A stretch of DNA of 64,000 nucleotides, from NCBI GenBank assembly GCA_963514005.1, contig OY740783.1, forward strand, positions 83,266,001 through 83,330,000, in the 5' to 3' direction. A model generated the notes under the pieces. It worked only from the letters and a program-made list of their open reading frames with translations. It did not search any database and was not told the DNA's origin. Position numbers and translations under genes: made by a program. Origin of the DNA: Raja brachyura. Taxonomy: Eukaryota. Below are positions 38,729-52,800 of this stretch, one piece after another; position 1 is the first letter of the stretch, and each line of letters begins with the position of its first letter.

Positions 38729-41115
38729 CTGTATACAATGCACAAAACAGAGAGAGAAAGAAAAGAAACACTGCAGCTATACGATAGGCACTCAGTCTGT
38801 CTCTCCCCGGCAGAATTGTCGGCAATGTACGGGCCAGCAAAAAATATGGGGAGAGGAGGTCAGAACCCCTTGCTTTATACGGTCGCAGCAAAATACGATT
38901 GGGATGGGGTGGGGGCCGAGTCGGGTGGTCAACGGTTATGGAATATAAGATATGGGCTCGAGAAGTTAGGAGACGGTCGGTGGGGTGAGCAACCCGCGGC
39001 ATTTAGTTAAGAAGGGGAACAGTTCCAGGGAGGCAAGGACGCGGCAGCTTTCTGGGACACCCCTCAGATCACGTCCACACGCTCTCAACCAACAACTGCC
39101 CCTCAGGTACACGCCATTGGATTATAAATGTAATTAAATATAGGCCAAGACTATGTACAGCTACTGTTGGCAGCTTTGAAAATGCACAGGAAGGATAATT
39201 GATATGAGGCTGAGAAACGCGAGATGTTCACTGAAAGTGAAAATGACCCACTGAATTCGGAACAGAAAACGCGCCCCTTTCGATGAAACTTCAGCTTCCT
39301 GTGGCTCGGAGATCTGTGGACAGATATTAGTCCCGATCACAGTCTTCTGGGAACAAGACATGTTCCATTTGAGTAATCGGTTGCAGAATTGTGAACGGTT
39401 GGATTCGCTCAGCGAATGTAACCGAATATTTAATATTTACCATTGGGTTAGAGAGGTGGCTCACAGTACGTTTTTATCCTCAGGCAATAGAACATTTCTG
39501 CTGCTTTGTAGAATGGTCAATGAAATTGTAAATTCTGATTCGGGCCGATAATTTTTTTTAAACTCTATTCCAATATGGATTCAAAGGAATTAAAATACGT
39601 CCCTAAGTGGTAATAAATGAAAATCGGCAACAAAATTTTTTTCGGGAAAACTTGGAGTGTTTGACATAAATCCTCCCATATAAACCTCGGGGATTGTTTT
39701 TATTAGTCTGTGTCACAGCCGGAAGGAAGGAAAGTTATAACAAGAATGGATTGATACCTGCAGCAGAGGTCTAATCTACACCGGGAGGTTCTTAGTCTCT
39801 TTCGTTGCTGCCTTTACTGGATTTAGCATTAAATGAAATTAACGCTTTGCTAATGAGTTAAAAATATGTATTACTTCCGTTTCGTTTTCAGTGAGATAGT
39901 ACCTCAACTCAGTCTCTGGAACACAAAAATTCCCACTTCCAAATTCGCAATTTCTTTTTTTTTTCCAAAAAATAATCATCCGATTGCACTCCGGATCGGA
40001 AAATTCCCTGTCAGTTCCCAGCTTGTGTCCAAGATTAACGCTTATTTTAAAACAGCATACAAGAAGCTGTAGTTACTTCCTATTGCGAACGGACCGTATT
40101 AAATATGTAATTCAGTCTTGAAATAGATTAACACTGAATTTAATTCTAAAATACACGACTTCGCTAACAAGATCTCTTCCTAAAAATCAATAATATTTGT
40201 TTCGATCTTTAAAGTTAGTGAATGCGCAGTTGCTCCACATCACTGTGTTGTAACAATTTTAAATCGATATATTTTGTTTTGTCGCCTGAGATATAAACTC
40301 AACCCTCTTTTACACTCTGTAAACCTGGCCAGAGGTGGCATTCGTAAAGTAGGTCTAGATAGACCCTGGTACAATATGATTAGTTCGAGTTGATAAAGCA
40401 TCTGTTTACAAGCTGTAGGTATAATAACACTTAACACACCGTGATAGGATGTGTCATTTCATATAACATCGACCAAATGGACAAGTCCCAGCCAATTCTG
40501 TCAACCAAAACAAACGTGCTGGAGATTTCGGTGTCGCCCAACTCCATCAATGAAAATTTCACTATTTTATCTCAGCTTATTATTCGCCACATACAACTGT
40601 AAACGTAATTTAGATAATGCGGAACGAAACCGTTAGGCGTCGAACCTATTTATTGCCTTGGTTAATACTCTTTTACAACTTACTGGCAACTAAATCATTT
40701 CATTTGGTTCAGGAATGTTAATTATCTTCTACTAAAGCCACTGACGTTCACGATAAACATTGTTCATCACAAAAAGCAACAATACCGTGTCTTATTTGAG
40801 TAAAGGTATATATAATTAAGATAATATTATAATTGGGTCCTCGAATGTTGCTGTTTTCTATTTAATTATGAGAATTAAAGAAATCGATTAATTAACTCTC
40901 TTTTAATTCGGCAAATCAGGAATGATAGTAAAATTAGACGTGCACGTGTGAGTCGGTTGTGATTTTCAGCAAAGCACGTTCCCTTTCAAGGACTTCGCGC
41001 TGCTCCGGGTCCAGGGACATCTGAACATCGGTCTATGAAACCGAGTGCTCCAGCACTCCTCACACACTCCCACCAGGAACCGCCACACGAGCCGGCGAAG
41101 GAGCTGCCTACTTAC

Positions 41116-41158
41116 TATGCATTGCTGCAAACGGGTCGTGCTTACAGTGGATTTCCAT
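41116..41158 (-). CDS. pax5: Pax5 alternative first coding exon 1B (MEIHCKHDPFAAMH + phase-1 A)
   Basis: ATG GAA ATC CAC TGT AAG CAC GAC CCG TTT GCA GCA ATG CAT A|gtaagt. 43 nt, phase 1, A+GG=Arg joining HGGVNQ. MEIHCKHDPF is the Pax5-1B N-terminus (Pax2 has MDMHCKADPF). Confidence 0.95.
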
Positions 41159-41579
41159 GAAAAGGCGCAGCCGGTCTTCAACTCCGAGAAAACCTCGATT
41201 TTCTGGTCTGGATTTAACCCCTTCACCTATACTCCCAAAACAAAAGAGGGTGAGCAGCGCCCCACGCAAACCCAGAAGAAGATCTCGATCCCAGCCACTA
41301 AATTGTAGGTTTTACAGCTTTGTGATCCTCAAGCTTTCAGACGGATTGTGCAAGAAACGTGAAAGTTAAGTTTGTCAGATGCAATGCAATGCCCCCAAAA
41401 ATGAATCCAATTGCTGCTCAGTGACAGCAGTGAATTTTAACTTCGAAATCGTTCACACCCGGAAAAAAATCCTTTTAAAATTCCAGCTTCTCTTTTTTGG
41501 CGTTTTCCTGTGCAATTTGTCCGCTGTGTGTGTGAAGGCGGGTTCCTGTTTCCCCGGAGTGCGCTGGCCCCCTGCTCTG

Positions 41580-41880
41580 TATTCAGTCGCGCTCAGTCTC
41601 CTCCATAGTGTTTAAATGTGGCTGAGCCCACAGTGATTCGGCGCTGATTCGCCCGAGGCTCAGCCCTGCGGGGATGGCGCACAGCCCCGGCCGCTGCCAA
41701 TCACATCATCACCAGCCACTCAAGCACCCTTCGCCGCTCCCATCCACCAATAGCACCAACCATCCCAACGTCGTGGCCAATCTCCGTGAGGGCTGCTCAT
41801 TCATTCACCAATAACCCTCATCCCTATCTGCGAAGCTGGACCAATGGTATCGACTTCATTTTCAACGTTCACCAATTATC
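41580..41880 (-). promoter_or_regulatory. pax5: Pax5 1B promoter: GC-rich, six CCAAT boxes, TTTAAA element
   Basis: Plus-strand CCAAT at 41697, 41747, 41777, 41808, 41841 and 41872. TTTAAA at 41611-41616. No minus-strand ATG between 41159 and 41603, consistent with a ~430-nt 5'UTR. Confidence 0.7.
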
Positions 41881-44800
41881 TGCTAGTCGTATCGATACAC
41901 GAGGCGGCCGTTTTAATAACTGGTTATCTCATACTGTATTCCGATTGGGCCCTTTTGTTAAACCCTAGAGGAGCGTCTCTCTATTAAAGGGAATTCATTC
42001 AGATGTCCAAAGCGGAATCTAATTTTTCATTTGAATAATTTTAGACAATTATATTCCACCGTAAATCCTTTTTGCTTCTTTTTTGTTTATATACATAAGT
42101 CGTTCATTTCTATTCTAAGTTAAGGAGTCTGTAAAATTCCCGTGCCTAAATTCAGTGGTAATACCAGTTAAGAAAGCAATGTAAAAGTTGAACGATAGTA
42201 GCTGGATTAATAAAATTGCGTTACGACAAATTTAAGATATTATTGGAAAATTGCTTACAACATTATTCTGAGAAAGGACAAACTGAAATACTCCTAACAG
42301 TAAAGCGTCGATTTGTATGTCAATTTATATTGTCGAGATAGGATTTTAAGTATTTTGTTTTAATCTCTGACACTGTATAATAAATCTTTTGGAAAGCTTT
42401 AGTCAAACTATCATTGTTTAGGCAGTTAACAGGTGTCCTGTATTTATAAAATGCTACCCGTCCACTTTTCCTGCTGTGCTATTTGTATGGAATGTACCGA
42501 AAATGTATTAATAATATCCTGAACATTTATTAAACATAACATATTTGTTATATTGATGGTACTTCGGGAAACGACAATTCTGAAGTCTGAGAATTTATGA
42601 AAAAATCACTCCATGACGAATTAATGTAGTTCCATTTCCATGTTAAAAAACACACTATTTTAATAGTCAGTCACATAGACTTGGTTGTAATCATGGTTAG
42701 CACTACTCCGAAGGGCCATTTTATTGTTGAATATATACCTGCAGCTTGAGACCACCTGCGAACTGACTTTTTTTCTGCACGTGCACTTGCACACATGAAC
42801 ATCTGTATTTATACGCAGGGATTAATGCAGTAGTTATATTTGCACACACGTTTGCACTTATTTACACAGCTTGCGTACTTTTATACATTCCTGGGTGCCA
42901 TGCTTTATTTGTATTGGAGCTGTTAGATATTTTCTGGACGATTTCGTTTTGATCAATTGCCGTAAATTACCACGATTATGTCCTAAAATTATTCTATCTG
43001 TGAATTCTACTTTTCAACTAAATAACAGCAGCAATTAATCAATGCATAGAAAGTGCAATATTTATATTTCTATCCGGTTGCTAAAATTATAGCAAAAAAA
43101 TCGCTTTGCTATTTTAAAATTAAGATCGTCAAAAGATATTTTAAAGGGTTTCAAAGTAAAGGACAATGAATAAAAACATATTGACAACGTATTGAACTTT
43201 CAAACCAGAAGTTAATCTACATTTGGCTTTCCATTAACCACAGTTGTTACAGACGACGGCTGTAGAATCGAGGTTATACTGTCCACTGATATGTTAATGG
43301 TTGATGCGCAATTCTTTATATTTTATAAATACGCTAAAATATTAATGCAAGAAAAATAAAAAAAAGTCACCATTACTAGCCGCGACCTGCTTGATACCTT
43401 TTATTTCATTCAAATAATGTCACAATTCTAAATTCACAATTCTTGGAGTAATCATAAAATTAAATCCAAATTGAGTTTAAATCCAGGTTACTATGACGAG
43501 TTATAGGAGCAGAGTTGGCAGAGGAAAGGCTGAATTTCTTGAGGTATTGGAAACTTTCAATTGAACTATTGGAACTTAGTACATTTTCAAGGCTGGGTGT
43601 TACTGAACTGAAGAAAAGTAAAACCAGGCGCACCCCTCAAATCTGAATAAAATAACTCCTGTGAGATATTGCAACCCACTTACAGGATTACATAGTGTGT
43701 GTTTAGTTATCACCTGCGGCTGTGCCTAAATGATTTTCAACTTTGTTTTCACATCAGCAAGCTTGCAGTTTCTTCTCTAACAGCTATCTAACGTCAAACG
43801 TAAAGCGTTAGTGAACACAGTAAATAATTCGACAGTCATTTTTAACGTGAACTCTTCTAAAGTTATCTTTTTCAAAGGACTGTAAGCATGAATACAAGTA
43901 AATGTAAGCCTTTAATCGAGGCCTTGTTACCAAGCTAGCTTTCAAACGGATCCGAGTGGGTCCACTAAAAGGCATTCTTTTCTCCATTTTTGTGTCATTT
44001 TTTCGCCAGAACTTCATGCAAGGTATTGCAGAAAGAAACATATTCCTCTGTAAATCGTGAAACGCCTTCGTGTCACAAAGGCATTTAATGATACCACCAT
44101 CCAAGTAAAGCGGTAATGGCCTTAAAAATATCCACGTGGTATCAAATACAAACAAGTAGAGATGAGCTTTTCTATTTCAGTTGCATTGGCCGCTCATTTT
44201 CCTGCAGCTGTGGAAGCCCTCAGGCTCAAGTTGTGTACATATTTCAACCCCACGCTCAAACTCCTTGGCCAACAGGTGCAGGGAGAGAAAGCGACAGGAT
44301 GAAGAGATTTGTCGCTTGAATGCCTTTGGATCGAGCTAAAGGCACCATCCACAGGTCCAGAATGCGTGAGATTTAATGGGAGGATCACTCTCACTACTCA
44401 AAACCTTCTTGGATCCTGTGATGGTTCTGGAGCAGGGCCGAGAGGTCTCAGCCTGGCTGCGCGGATCACGGGATGAAATTATATAATTGGTAGGACAAAC
44501 TACATTATGAGTTATTATATTGTGCCATTTATATCACCCACTTGGAATAGGCAATGTGAGTATATTGTATTATTAGTAACCTCCACCGTATCTCAGCTCG
44601 AGTGAGTACAGCTGCTCTATAAATATGAACATTGCTATACTCCCGAACTGTTTACCGATAAAATTCCCATTCTACAAAGCAAAAACAATCGACTTTTCTC
44701 CATCACACTAGGCGTTTTCACGAGTTGGAAAACATCTGAAGATTTTTTTTTAATCCCTAAAATGTCGGTTCCAATTGTTTGAGCTCTGTATGCATTTAAG

Positions 44801-45750
44801 CAAATCATTTGAGCTCTCTAAACTGCACAATTGTCATTGACTAAAACCTTTATATGATTAGTGATTTGTGACATTAAATATCTTGAATAATAGCCCACGG
44901 GTGTTGGATCACTGCTGGCAAAATCTCAAAGAGCAATAGTGTATTTTTCTTTTTACGGGTTCAAATCTATCCCTTCAGGAGAGGCTGGTGTTCACATCGG
45001 GAGTATGTTGGGTAAATGCTTCGCATAATTTTACGAGCATGAACATTGACTTTAATGTTCCAAATATCTTACAGAAAATTAAAGATGTCGAAGAAAATGT
45101 AATTCTAAAAATCATGGAAATAGCAGCAACCCTTTCTGCCTCGGTTTTGTTGTTGCTGGACACGCACAAGCAACGGCGGCATAGAGGGGGAGGTTGGGAC
45201 TACCCCTTTGTGCTGCGGGAGGCCATATAACCCTCATGCAGCGGACTTAGTGTCCCCCCGTGTCGGCACTGGATACTCATCACGGAAGATAGATAGATCA
45301 GACGGGAGTTGGCAGAATATACAGTCAATGGTGTCAATAAGAAAGCATTACAGTCTGTAAATAAACGTGCATGGTGTCTAGGTTTGGTTCTGATTGTCAA
45401 AGATCAAAGCATGAACGTTTGTTAACATTTTCAATGATTTGAGGAAGTTGAGTTTTTACTTATTTTATGGGTGATGGTGGCAATACTGAATTTGTTTCCC
45501 ATCCAAAATAGCAGGTTGGATTACTGAGCAACTTCGCAGAGCAGTTCAGAACTAAACTCCCGGTTGACAGGGTTCTGGGGTTGTACGTAGCCTCCATCCT
45601 TAGAAGAACAATAATGAACCAATTGTAATTGATGACAATGAACTGTTATTGAACACTTCTATTATTTTTATATCGAGAGATTAAAAAAATCTATTTTAAA
45701 AGCCATCTTAAAATATCAGTTCCGCTGGGGCCAGCCACATATGTCTAGAT

Positions 45751-45981
45751 CAGGGGTTCCCAACCTTTTCCGTCCGTTTAACCCTGGCAACTTTAATAGC
45801 ACATAACAATGTAATTTCACTTATTTATGAACACTAATGATGAACAGATACCGGTATACCAGAACCAAACACAGTCAGTCAATGAGAAAAAATATGTACA
45901 AATCCAGAATTTACAAATTTACCCCCTGTGTAGGTGAAATTTACCCCCTGGAGTAAATTTACCTCAGGTTGGGAACCGTTG
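45751..45981. mobile_element. hAT (Charlie-type) MITE, 231 bp
   Basis: TIRs CAGGGGTTCCCAACCT / AGGTTGGGAACCGTTG; perfect 8-bp TSD GTCTAGAT at 45743-45750 and 45982-45989 (NTCTAGAN target). Confidence 0.92.
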
Positions 45982-46894
45982 GTCTAGATCATTGAATTGC
46001 AAGGTCAATAAGTTATAGCATTAGAATAGTAGGCCATTGGGTTGTTCAATACGACCATGGCTGTTACTCTGCTCCAATGCAATATTCCCGCTCTCTTCTC
46101 ATATCCTTTGATGCCTTTTGCGTCCGGCTACTATCCCATCTCCCCACAAACCCATGGCAAACAAAAAGCAAAACAAATAGAGGTGCTGAAAATCCACAAC
46201 AGACCAAGACAGCATCTCCAGAGAGAGAGAGACAGGGTTAACATTATCAATTTAATGACTTGTAGGTCGTTGACCTGAAACGTTAACTCTGCTTTTTTCA
46301 CCGCAGTGACTGCGTACCCTGACTGTTTCCAACATTTCTGTTTTTTGAACCCCTGACAATTCCAAACACTCATCTTCAAACACAGCATTCATATTGCGTC
46401 TTAGCGGGGTGTGTGGGGGACTGTTTGTGGTTTTAGCCCGGAAAGGCGGCTGTCAGGCTCAGACTCCAGCTCAACGAGGGGCTGTCAGATCAGTCTGCCT
46501 TCCCAACACCCCAAACAAGAGATGTTTTATTCGACAATATGAACAACCTCGTTTGTGTAATGGATAGAAGTCAAATTGTGTGGTCAATTTGCATCTTCAT
46601 TCTGTGGCAGTGGTAACCATGCGTGTGCATTGCCGGGTTAAAGGAAAAATCGGAAGAAACTGAGGTCATAAATATTGTATATTATCGAATCATCTTAAAG
46701 GTCGTGGTTGGCATGCTTAGTGGTAAAGTGGGGCATAAATTGGGAGTCACGTTGGGCATCTAGTTCCAGAAGATACGAAAGCTAGAATTGTGCTCTTGTC
46801 TGAGACACATTAAGCACAGAGGAAGTATAACTCCCGCCGAGTTATTTTCAAACCGCCGTTTAGGATCATTTTGACTTCAGAAACTTTTCATTCA

Positions 46895-46969
46895 GACCCA
46901 AAAAGCTGGAGTAACAGCGGTACAGGCAGTATCCCTGGAGAGAAGGAATGGGTGACGTTTCGGGTCGAG
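46895..46969 (-). mobile_element. Penelope-derived repeat running into an assembly gap
   Basis: Reverse complement CTCGACCCGAAACGTCACCCATTCC; the 5' half of the motif is in the Ns. Confidence 0.8.
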
Positions 46970-47125
46970 NNNNNNNNNNNNNNNNNNNNNNNNNNNNNNN
47001 NNNNNNNNNNNNNNNNNNNNNNNNNNNNNNNNNNNNNNNNNNNNNNNNNNNNNNNNNNNNNNNNNNNNNNNNNNNNNNNNNNNNNNNNNNNNNNNNNNNN
47101 NNNNNNNNNNNNNNNNNNNNNNNNN
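46970..47125. other. Assembly gap (N run)
   Basis: 156 N. Confidence 1.
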
Positions 47126-48440
47126 CTTCCTAAGAACAATCAGCCATATTCGTATCCAAACATCTATCTTAGAGACCTTCAGTTGTTAAATGCACTTCGA
47201 GTAGCGGACATTACAACAGCGATCTGAAACAGTTCTGCAAGGATGATTCTCGTGTAACTTTAACCGCAGATAAAATAATCATATTATAGGAATTTATGTG
47301 CGCAGAATATCTAAATGTTAACGAATGCATTCCACCCATGTAGGAGAAGATCGCACACATCCTCCATGAAATGGGTCTTTGTCAACCTGATTCTACATTC
47401 CGGGGTACATGTGGCTCCAGAGTTTAACATACTTTAGAATGAGGGGACGTCTCTTGCGCCACTTCCGTTTTCAGTTAGGATGCACGGATCAAGAGAGGCC
47501 TCTCGACTTTTCCTTTTAAACTCCCGTGTAATCGCTCACATTGGGGGAGGGAGCAGGCTGAGAGCGATGGGTGGAATACAGCGCTAATGCAAAGCCGTAC
47601 ATTGGAACCTTCAACAGAGGACACTGACACTCGCCAACAAAAGTTTGTCACTTTCTCTTCCCCGGTACCACTTCCCCTCCCCATGTTTCCTCAGACATCT
47701 CTCTCTCTAGCCTTCGGCACAATTTTCACTAGTTTTCAATTTACCTTCTATTATTCCTGCATCAATTCAACATGCCCAGTTTGTCCCAAGTAGTTGTTTT
47801 AATTGCATTTGATTACTATTCTAGCAATTTTACGTCATTTTCGGGGGATGGAATTTCGGAGTACAAATCAATGGCTTCTAACACCATCACTTAACGGTTT
47901 AAAGATTAGTGTCGCGAACAGTGGGATCAAAGGATGTTGCTGTTATTCACTAATTAAAGGCGACCTTATTTTGATCGTTACACTTTGCATTGAGCCAATC
48001 AATAAACAAAAGTGAGTACTATGCGGAAGTAATATATTACATTTCGGCAACTCTTCACAGAATTGCCATAAATGTCAAGCGCTTGGTTTTACACGTTGCC
48101 TTCGAACATCAACACATTGCGACATATTAATCCAAACTTAATTTGAACACAGATAGTTTCAGTGATGCAATTCACATCCCAGGTCGAAAATGAATCCGAC
48201 AGACCAATGTGAGCTAGCGAATCAAATAAATATGTCATTTCACTCCAAATTCTCCTGAACAGAAATATTTTCTATAAATTTAATCGATCCTTTATTTTCG
48301 CCAACCGAACCCTAATTCAAAGTAGGGATTCAGTGATTACTGTAACAGTTACGAAAAAAAATAACCCGCTTTAGTAATCAGAAATTATTTGTAATTGAAC
48401 TTTGCTAGTAGTCAGGTCGTTGTTTGGGAGGCTTTTCCTG

Positions 48441-48443
<3 letters not shown>

Positions 48444-48472
<29 letters not shown>
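48444..48472. repeat. (TTA)n microsatellite
   Basis: About 9 perfect units. Confidence 0.95.
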
Positions 48473-51400
48473 GGTGGGGATCCCGCACAGAGTTAAGACT
48501 TAGGTAATGGCAGCCCACGTTGGTTTCTGGTAATTTATTTGTTGGCATGTATTGTTACCTCCGAAAAATATCGAAAATTTGCAGAATCATCTTAAAACAG
48601 TTACTCTTCTAATTTAACAGTGAAAATGGCAAACGTCCAATGCAAGTGATTGGACATTCACCTTTCACCTTTGACAGTGGCTCTTGCCCTCGAACTCACT
48701 CAGATCTACACGAGATGCACGATGCGAAAGGCAAGTTGTTTCAACCACCAACGTGTACCTTTATATAACCTTGTTGAGTTCATGGGTCTGATATTTGATC
48801 TCTGACCTGCTTTCCACTATTTGCAATATTTCATATTGGGATCAAGTGGAACAGCGTAAAGAGGATGAATTATGGAAAGAATTGTGACGGGGAGTAACAC
48901 ATTTATTGATTATTTTTGTATAATATAGAGCGTACTTCGACAGGTCTAGCTAACTCTTGTGTTTTCTTGCAGGCTGACAGGTGACTGCCACCTCAAAAAT
49001 CTAATCTTCCTACATCAAGAAACATATAAGACCATTGATTTCAGAGACAGAGGCGCTGAGAATTGTCTGTGAGTGTGAAGATGGCCCAAAATGTGTTTTT
49101 TTTTTGTCTAAACTGAGAGACCTGGGTCTCGCTGGAAACTCCAACTCTCAACGCTTACGCACAGTTTACAATATCCGAATCTACCTATGATTAAAGGGCA
49201 TGGGAACCCCTTTCTTTCAGCCCTAGTCTTGTAGATTTAGCTGTAAACGAGCAAAAAGTGAAATTATACACTTAAAGGGGAGGAAGGAGGCCCATTTTAT
49301 TTCTAGGAACCTCGGCACATTTTCACTCTTTTTCGGGTGGATGTGTGGAGGGGGGGGGGGGGGGGTGAAGAATTGGAGATAGGGGACAGTCGTGTGTTAA
49401 ATGGGCTTCATCTCACAGAATAGTTTTACTCCTTTCATCCTCTGGGAGACATTTCTGCTGCAGGATTCCTGGACCGGAAATCTGGCGGTCGAAGGTCCAC
49501 TGAGTCTAGTTTGACAGAGATGTGAGGTGTGGTTTTTTTTGGCCCTAAACTCACTACTAGGAATTGATCTCCAATGTTTCATGTAGGAATCTCAATCGAA
49601 AAATAACACCTGTCCCACGTATTTAAAATGCATCATTGCAAAACCAGACTCTGTTCATTCAAAAGGCATTTATCCTGTTTAGTGAACACTTTCGGCATCT
49701 GTTCTGAATTCAGCTGTAGAAATCCTGATAATTATTTCTCAAGGATGCCCTACTTATGTTAAGTATGGAACAAGTTCCATGACGGGACGTAATTATTGCA
49801 TTCTAACTACTAATTTTATTTCCAACGTTTGTGTATTATTATAGGTCAAGTAAGGCACAGCTAAAATAGTGTGTTACAGATACCTAGTTAGGATTTATTT
49901 AATTTGTGATTATGCACGTAGATGATGTAAAGTTCATAATCAAAAGGGCAACTAATTAACTAAGAGACAGCACCTTAAAACAGGCCCGACCACACCGAAC
50001 AAGCGTGACTCGCACGTGCTGGTACAAAGGCTTTCAACACTGTCATCTGTCAGCCAGAAAGCTGAAAGTAAACAATGATATAGATTATTTCACGGGTCAC
50101 AGGCGGGAAAAGCAGCTAATGTCCTAGAATGGCGCAAATTCATTCTTGTGTGAGCCCGGCAACCAGTGCCCTTTATGATCGATAACTGGGCAGGGTCCTT
50201 TCGAAAGTTGAACCGGGGAAGGGTGGAGGGGTCAGTCAGGGGGTGAAGGGCGCAGGAACCCACACTCCATCTCTTTGTTTTCGACGATTCCACGTGAACT
50301 ATGCGACAGATTTCAAATTAATACGCTGAGTACTTGAGGTCAATTTGTGGAATGTTTCCCTTTATATTGACACATTTTGGATCCAGTCTGCGAATGGTCT
50401 ATTCTGTTTCGTTTAGTTTAACGCATTGTCATTGAAAGGAAGAGCAATCTGTCATGTTAAAAGAGCGCCCCGTAAATCAACTGACTGCAAGCGGCCTTGT
50501 GTTATTGTAAACATAGGAAGGGGCGATGGGCAAACCGTGATGATAAGAATGCCGTCGATTACCGAGTTACAACGCTATTGGACTTCCTGAATTAAGAATT
50601 GGAAATCAGGATGGAGTTTCATTGAATTACTCAGTTCTCTCAACATAAACTATCGCCTGTTATCGAGATTAAATATATTTTTTTAAAGGACGAAGGTAGA
50701 GGGAGGGGTGAGAGGAGTAGTAGTGGCGAAGGCTTCGGGAAAATCTTTCTCTCTGAACCATGATAAGTGAAGTAATGGACGTTTGGGCTTGGGCTTGCAG
50801 AATGATGAACAAACCTGTTGAATTTATGTTTACATTAGGAAAAAAACGCGTCTTGCAATTCTCATAAACTCATATCCATTTCACACGGCGATGCGCGCGC
50901 CCCGCTATTTATCGCTAACTATATAACCTATTTCTTCCTCGTTGTTCTCAACAGAAAGATCTCAGCGTCCTGTGTTTAAGGTCGGTATATCACGGCGGTT
51001 ATTATTGGTAACGATCTAACGCGAATCAGTCATTGTTTTGCAGAATTAGTTGGGTCCGCTGGTGAGATGAAACACCGAAAATAATAAATTAATGTTTCAC
51101 ATTCTAAGTACAGAAGAAACAGACCACGGATGCAACTTTCCGCTGTATACTTGCAGCCCCATTTCCTGACCCCGAGACTGTATAAAGACACCGGGGTTCA
51201 AACATTTCTAAGAAAATGGCACCCTTCAATTCAATACTTGTGTATTTTTGTATTGTATTTTATTAGGAAATAACCACAACCAAACAAAAAAAAGTGCATT
51301 TATCGGAGCAAACCGGAATCGGCTGGGTGTTGCGTTTACAAATTGTTCCGAGGGCCGTGAAGGAACATGATTTGCCCTAAAGGTTCACTACGCCCTGGTG

Positions 51401-52800
51401 CTGTGACGAAAGTTATTGGCAAATCCATCCCCTTCAGTCAAAATGCGCGATAAAAAAACATGGTTTCAAATTGCCGATAAAACGTTTAGAATTGTTCAAA
51501 CGACGAATATTAACGAAAGAAAATAGGAGTAAATAAAAATTCAAAGGAAATTTTAATTCGGTTTCATTTTCTTAAGCGGCACTCGGCTGCACAAAAACAA
51601 GAGCGTACATCTGAATGATCACAGGTCTGCAGCGGGAGACGGGCCCGAAGATCTTCAGAGCAAAGACCAGAACAGTTAAAATAAACATTTTAGCTATTTT
51701 TGCGTTTTGTCTTTTGAAAATGCTGTGATTTGAACATTTCATGCTAATATTCATCCACAAAATCGAACGGCTCTGTTAGTCGTTAACGAAGCCCCAAATC
51801 CTAAATTCACATTTCGAGTTTTTGTTTCGAAAGGGTGGCGGCACTAAACTTAAGGGCAGTAGTTGGGTTGGGGTGGGGGGAGGTACACATTCACCCACAG
51901 GTCACGGATTGTCTAATAATCTCCTAAAGAGAAGCCAGAATTAGCAATTTCCAGTATCTCCCCACCCGCAATGAATCAATCGAACTGTACACATATTTGG
52001 AAAAAAATGCAGACGGGGCACCGAAGTCAGCCATTGGACACATTTTAACTATCTTTATATAGCGAAAGAGCATAAAATAGAACTCGGTAAATATCCTCGA
52101 TCAACGAGAGAACAAACGGACCGTCGTGTACAGAGACAATCAAGAGCTCAGCTCCATTCCCTCGCACACGAAAGCACCACTTTGTGGCGTATTGCAGCTT
52201 TAAATTCTAACAATTTCGGGTGCAGGTCCGATTCCTACAGCTTTCTGTTGTACAGTGACAACCATCGCGTAATAAACATTAAACATTAAACTTTTGCAAT
52301 TAAACGTGAAGTGGTTTTGTTTTTTTAAATAAATGTAACTGATTGCACCTCAGAAGTAACCCCTGACCTATCTTCACGCCACTCGGAATCGCCCACAAAG
52401 AGTTTTTTTATAAAGTTACAAAGCTGATATTTGGTAGGGACACTAATCTGAACCCAGTGGAACCGAACACCTTCTGCAACCCGGACACTGCGGACAGTCC
52501 TTCGCCGTGAACCGTACAGGGAGATATGCTTTCCCTTGACTTCTGTTGAGCGTTCGTCCTAGGTTTTCACAGTGCATTGCATTTACTTTGAGCAGTTTCC
52601 AACACTTGAATTTTCATTAAGCCTCACTTGATTAATTAAAAGTGTTCACTTTTTTAAAAACAAAGTGTCTTAAGTCTTGATAGTCTTTTAAAGCACTGGG
52701 TACTGTTTAATTCTACAAGTAAATACGGGACTGTTTCCAATACAGCCGCTTCATGCTTTCGAACTATTTGCACATTTCACAGAAAAAAATATAAACCTAC

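Noticed and set aside
38729-39002. N-terminal part of ORF 38559-39002 as Pax coding sequence
   Set aside because: It is intron: a pyrimidine tract and AG acceptor sit at 38729-38765, and true first exons exist upstream.
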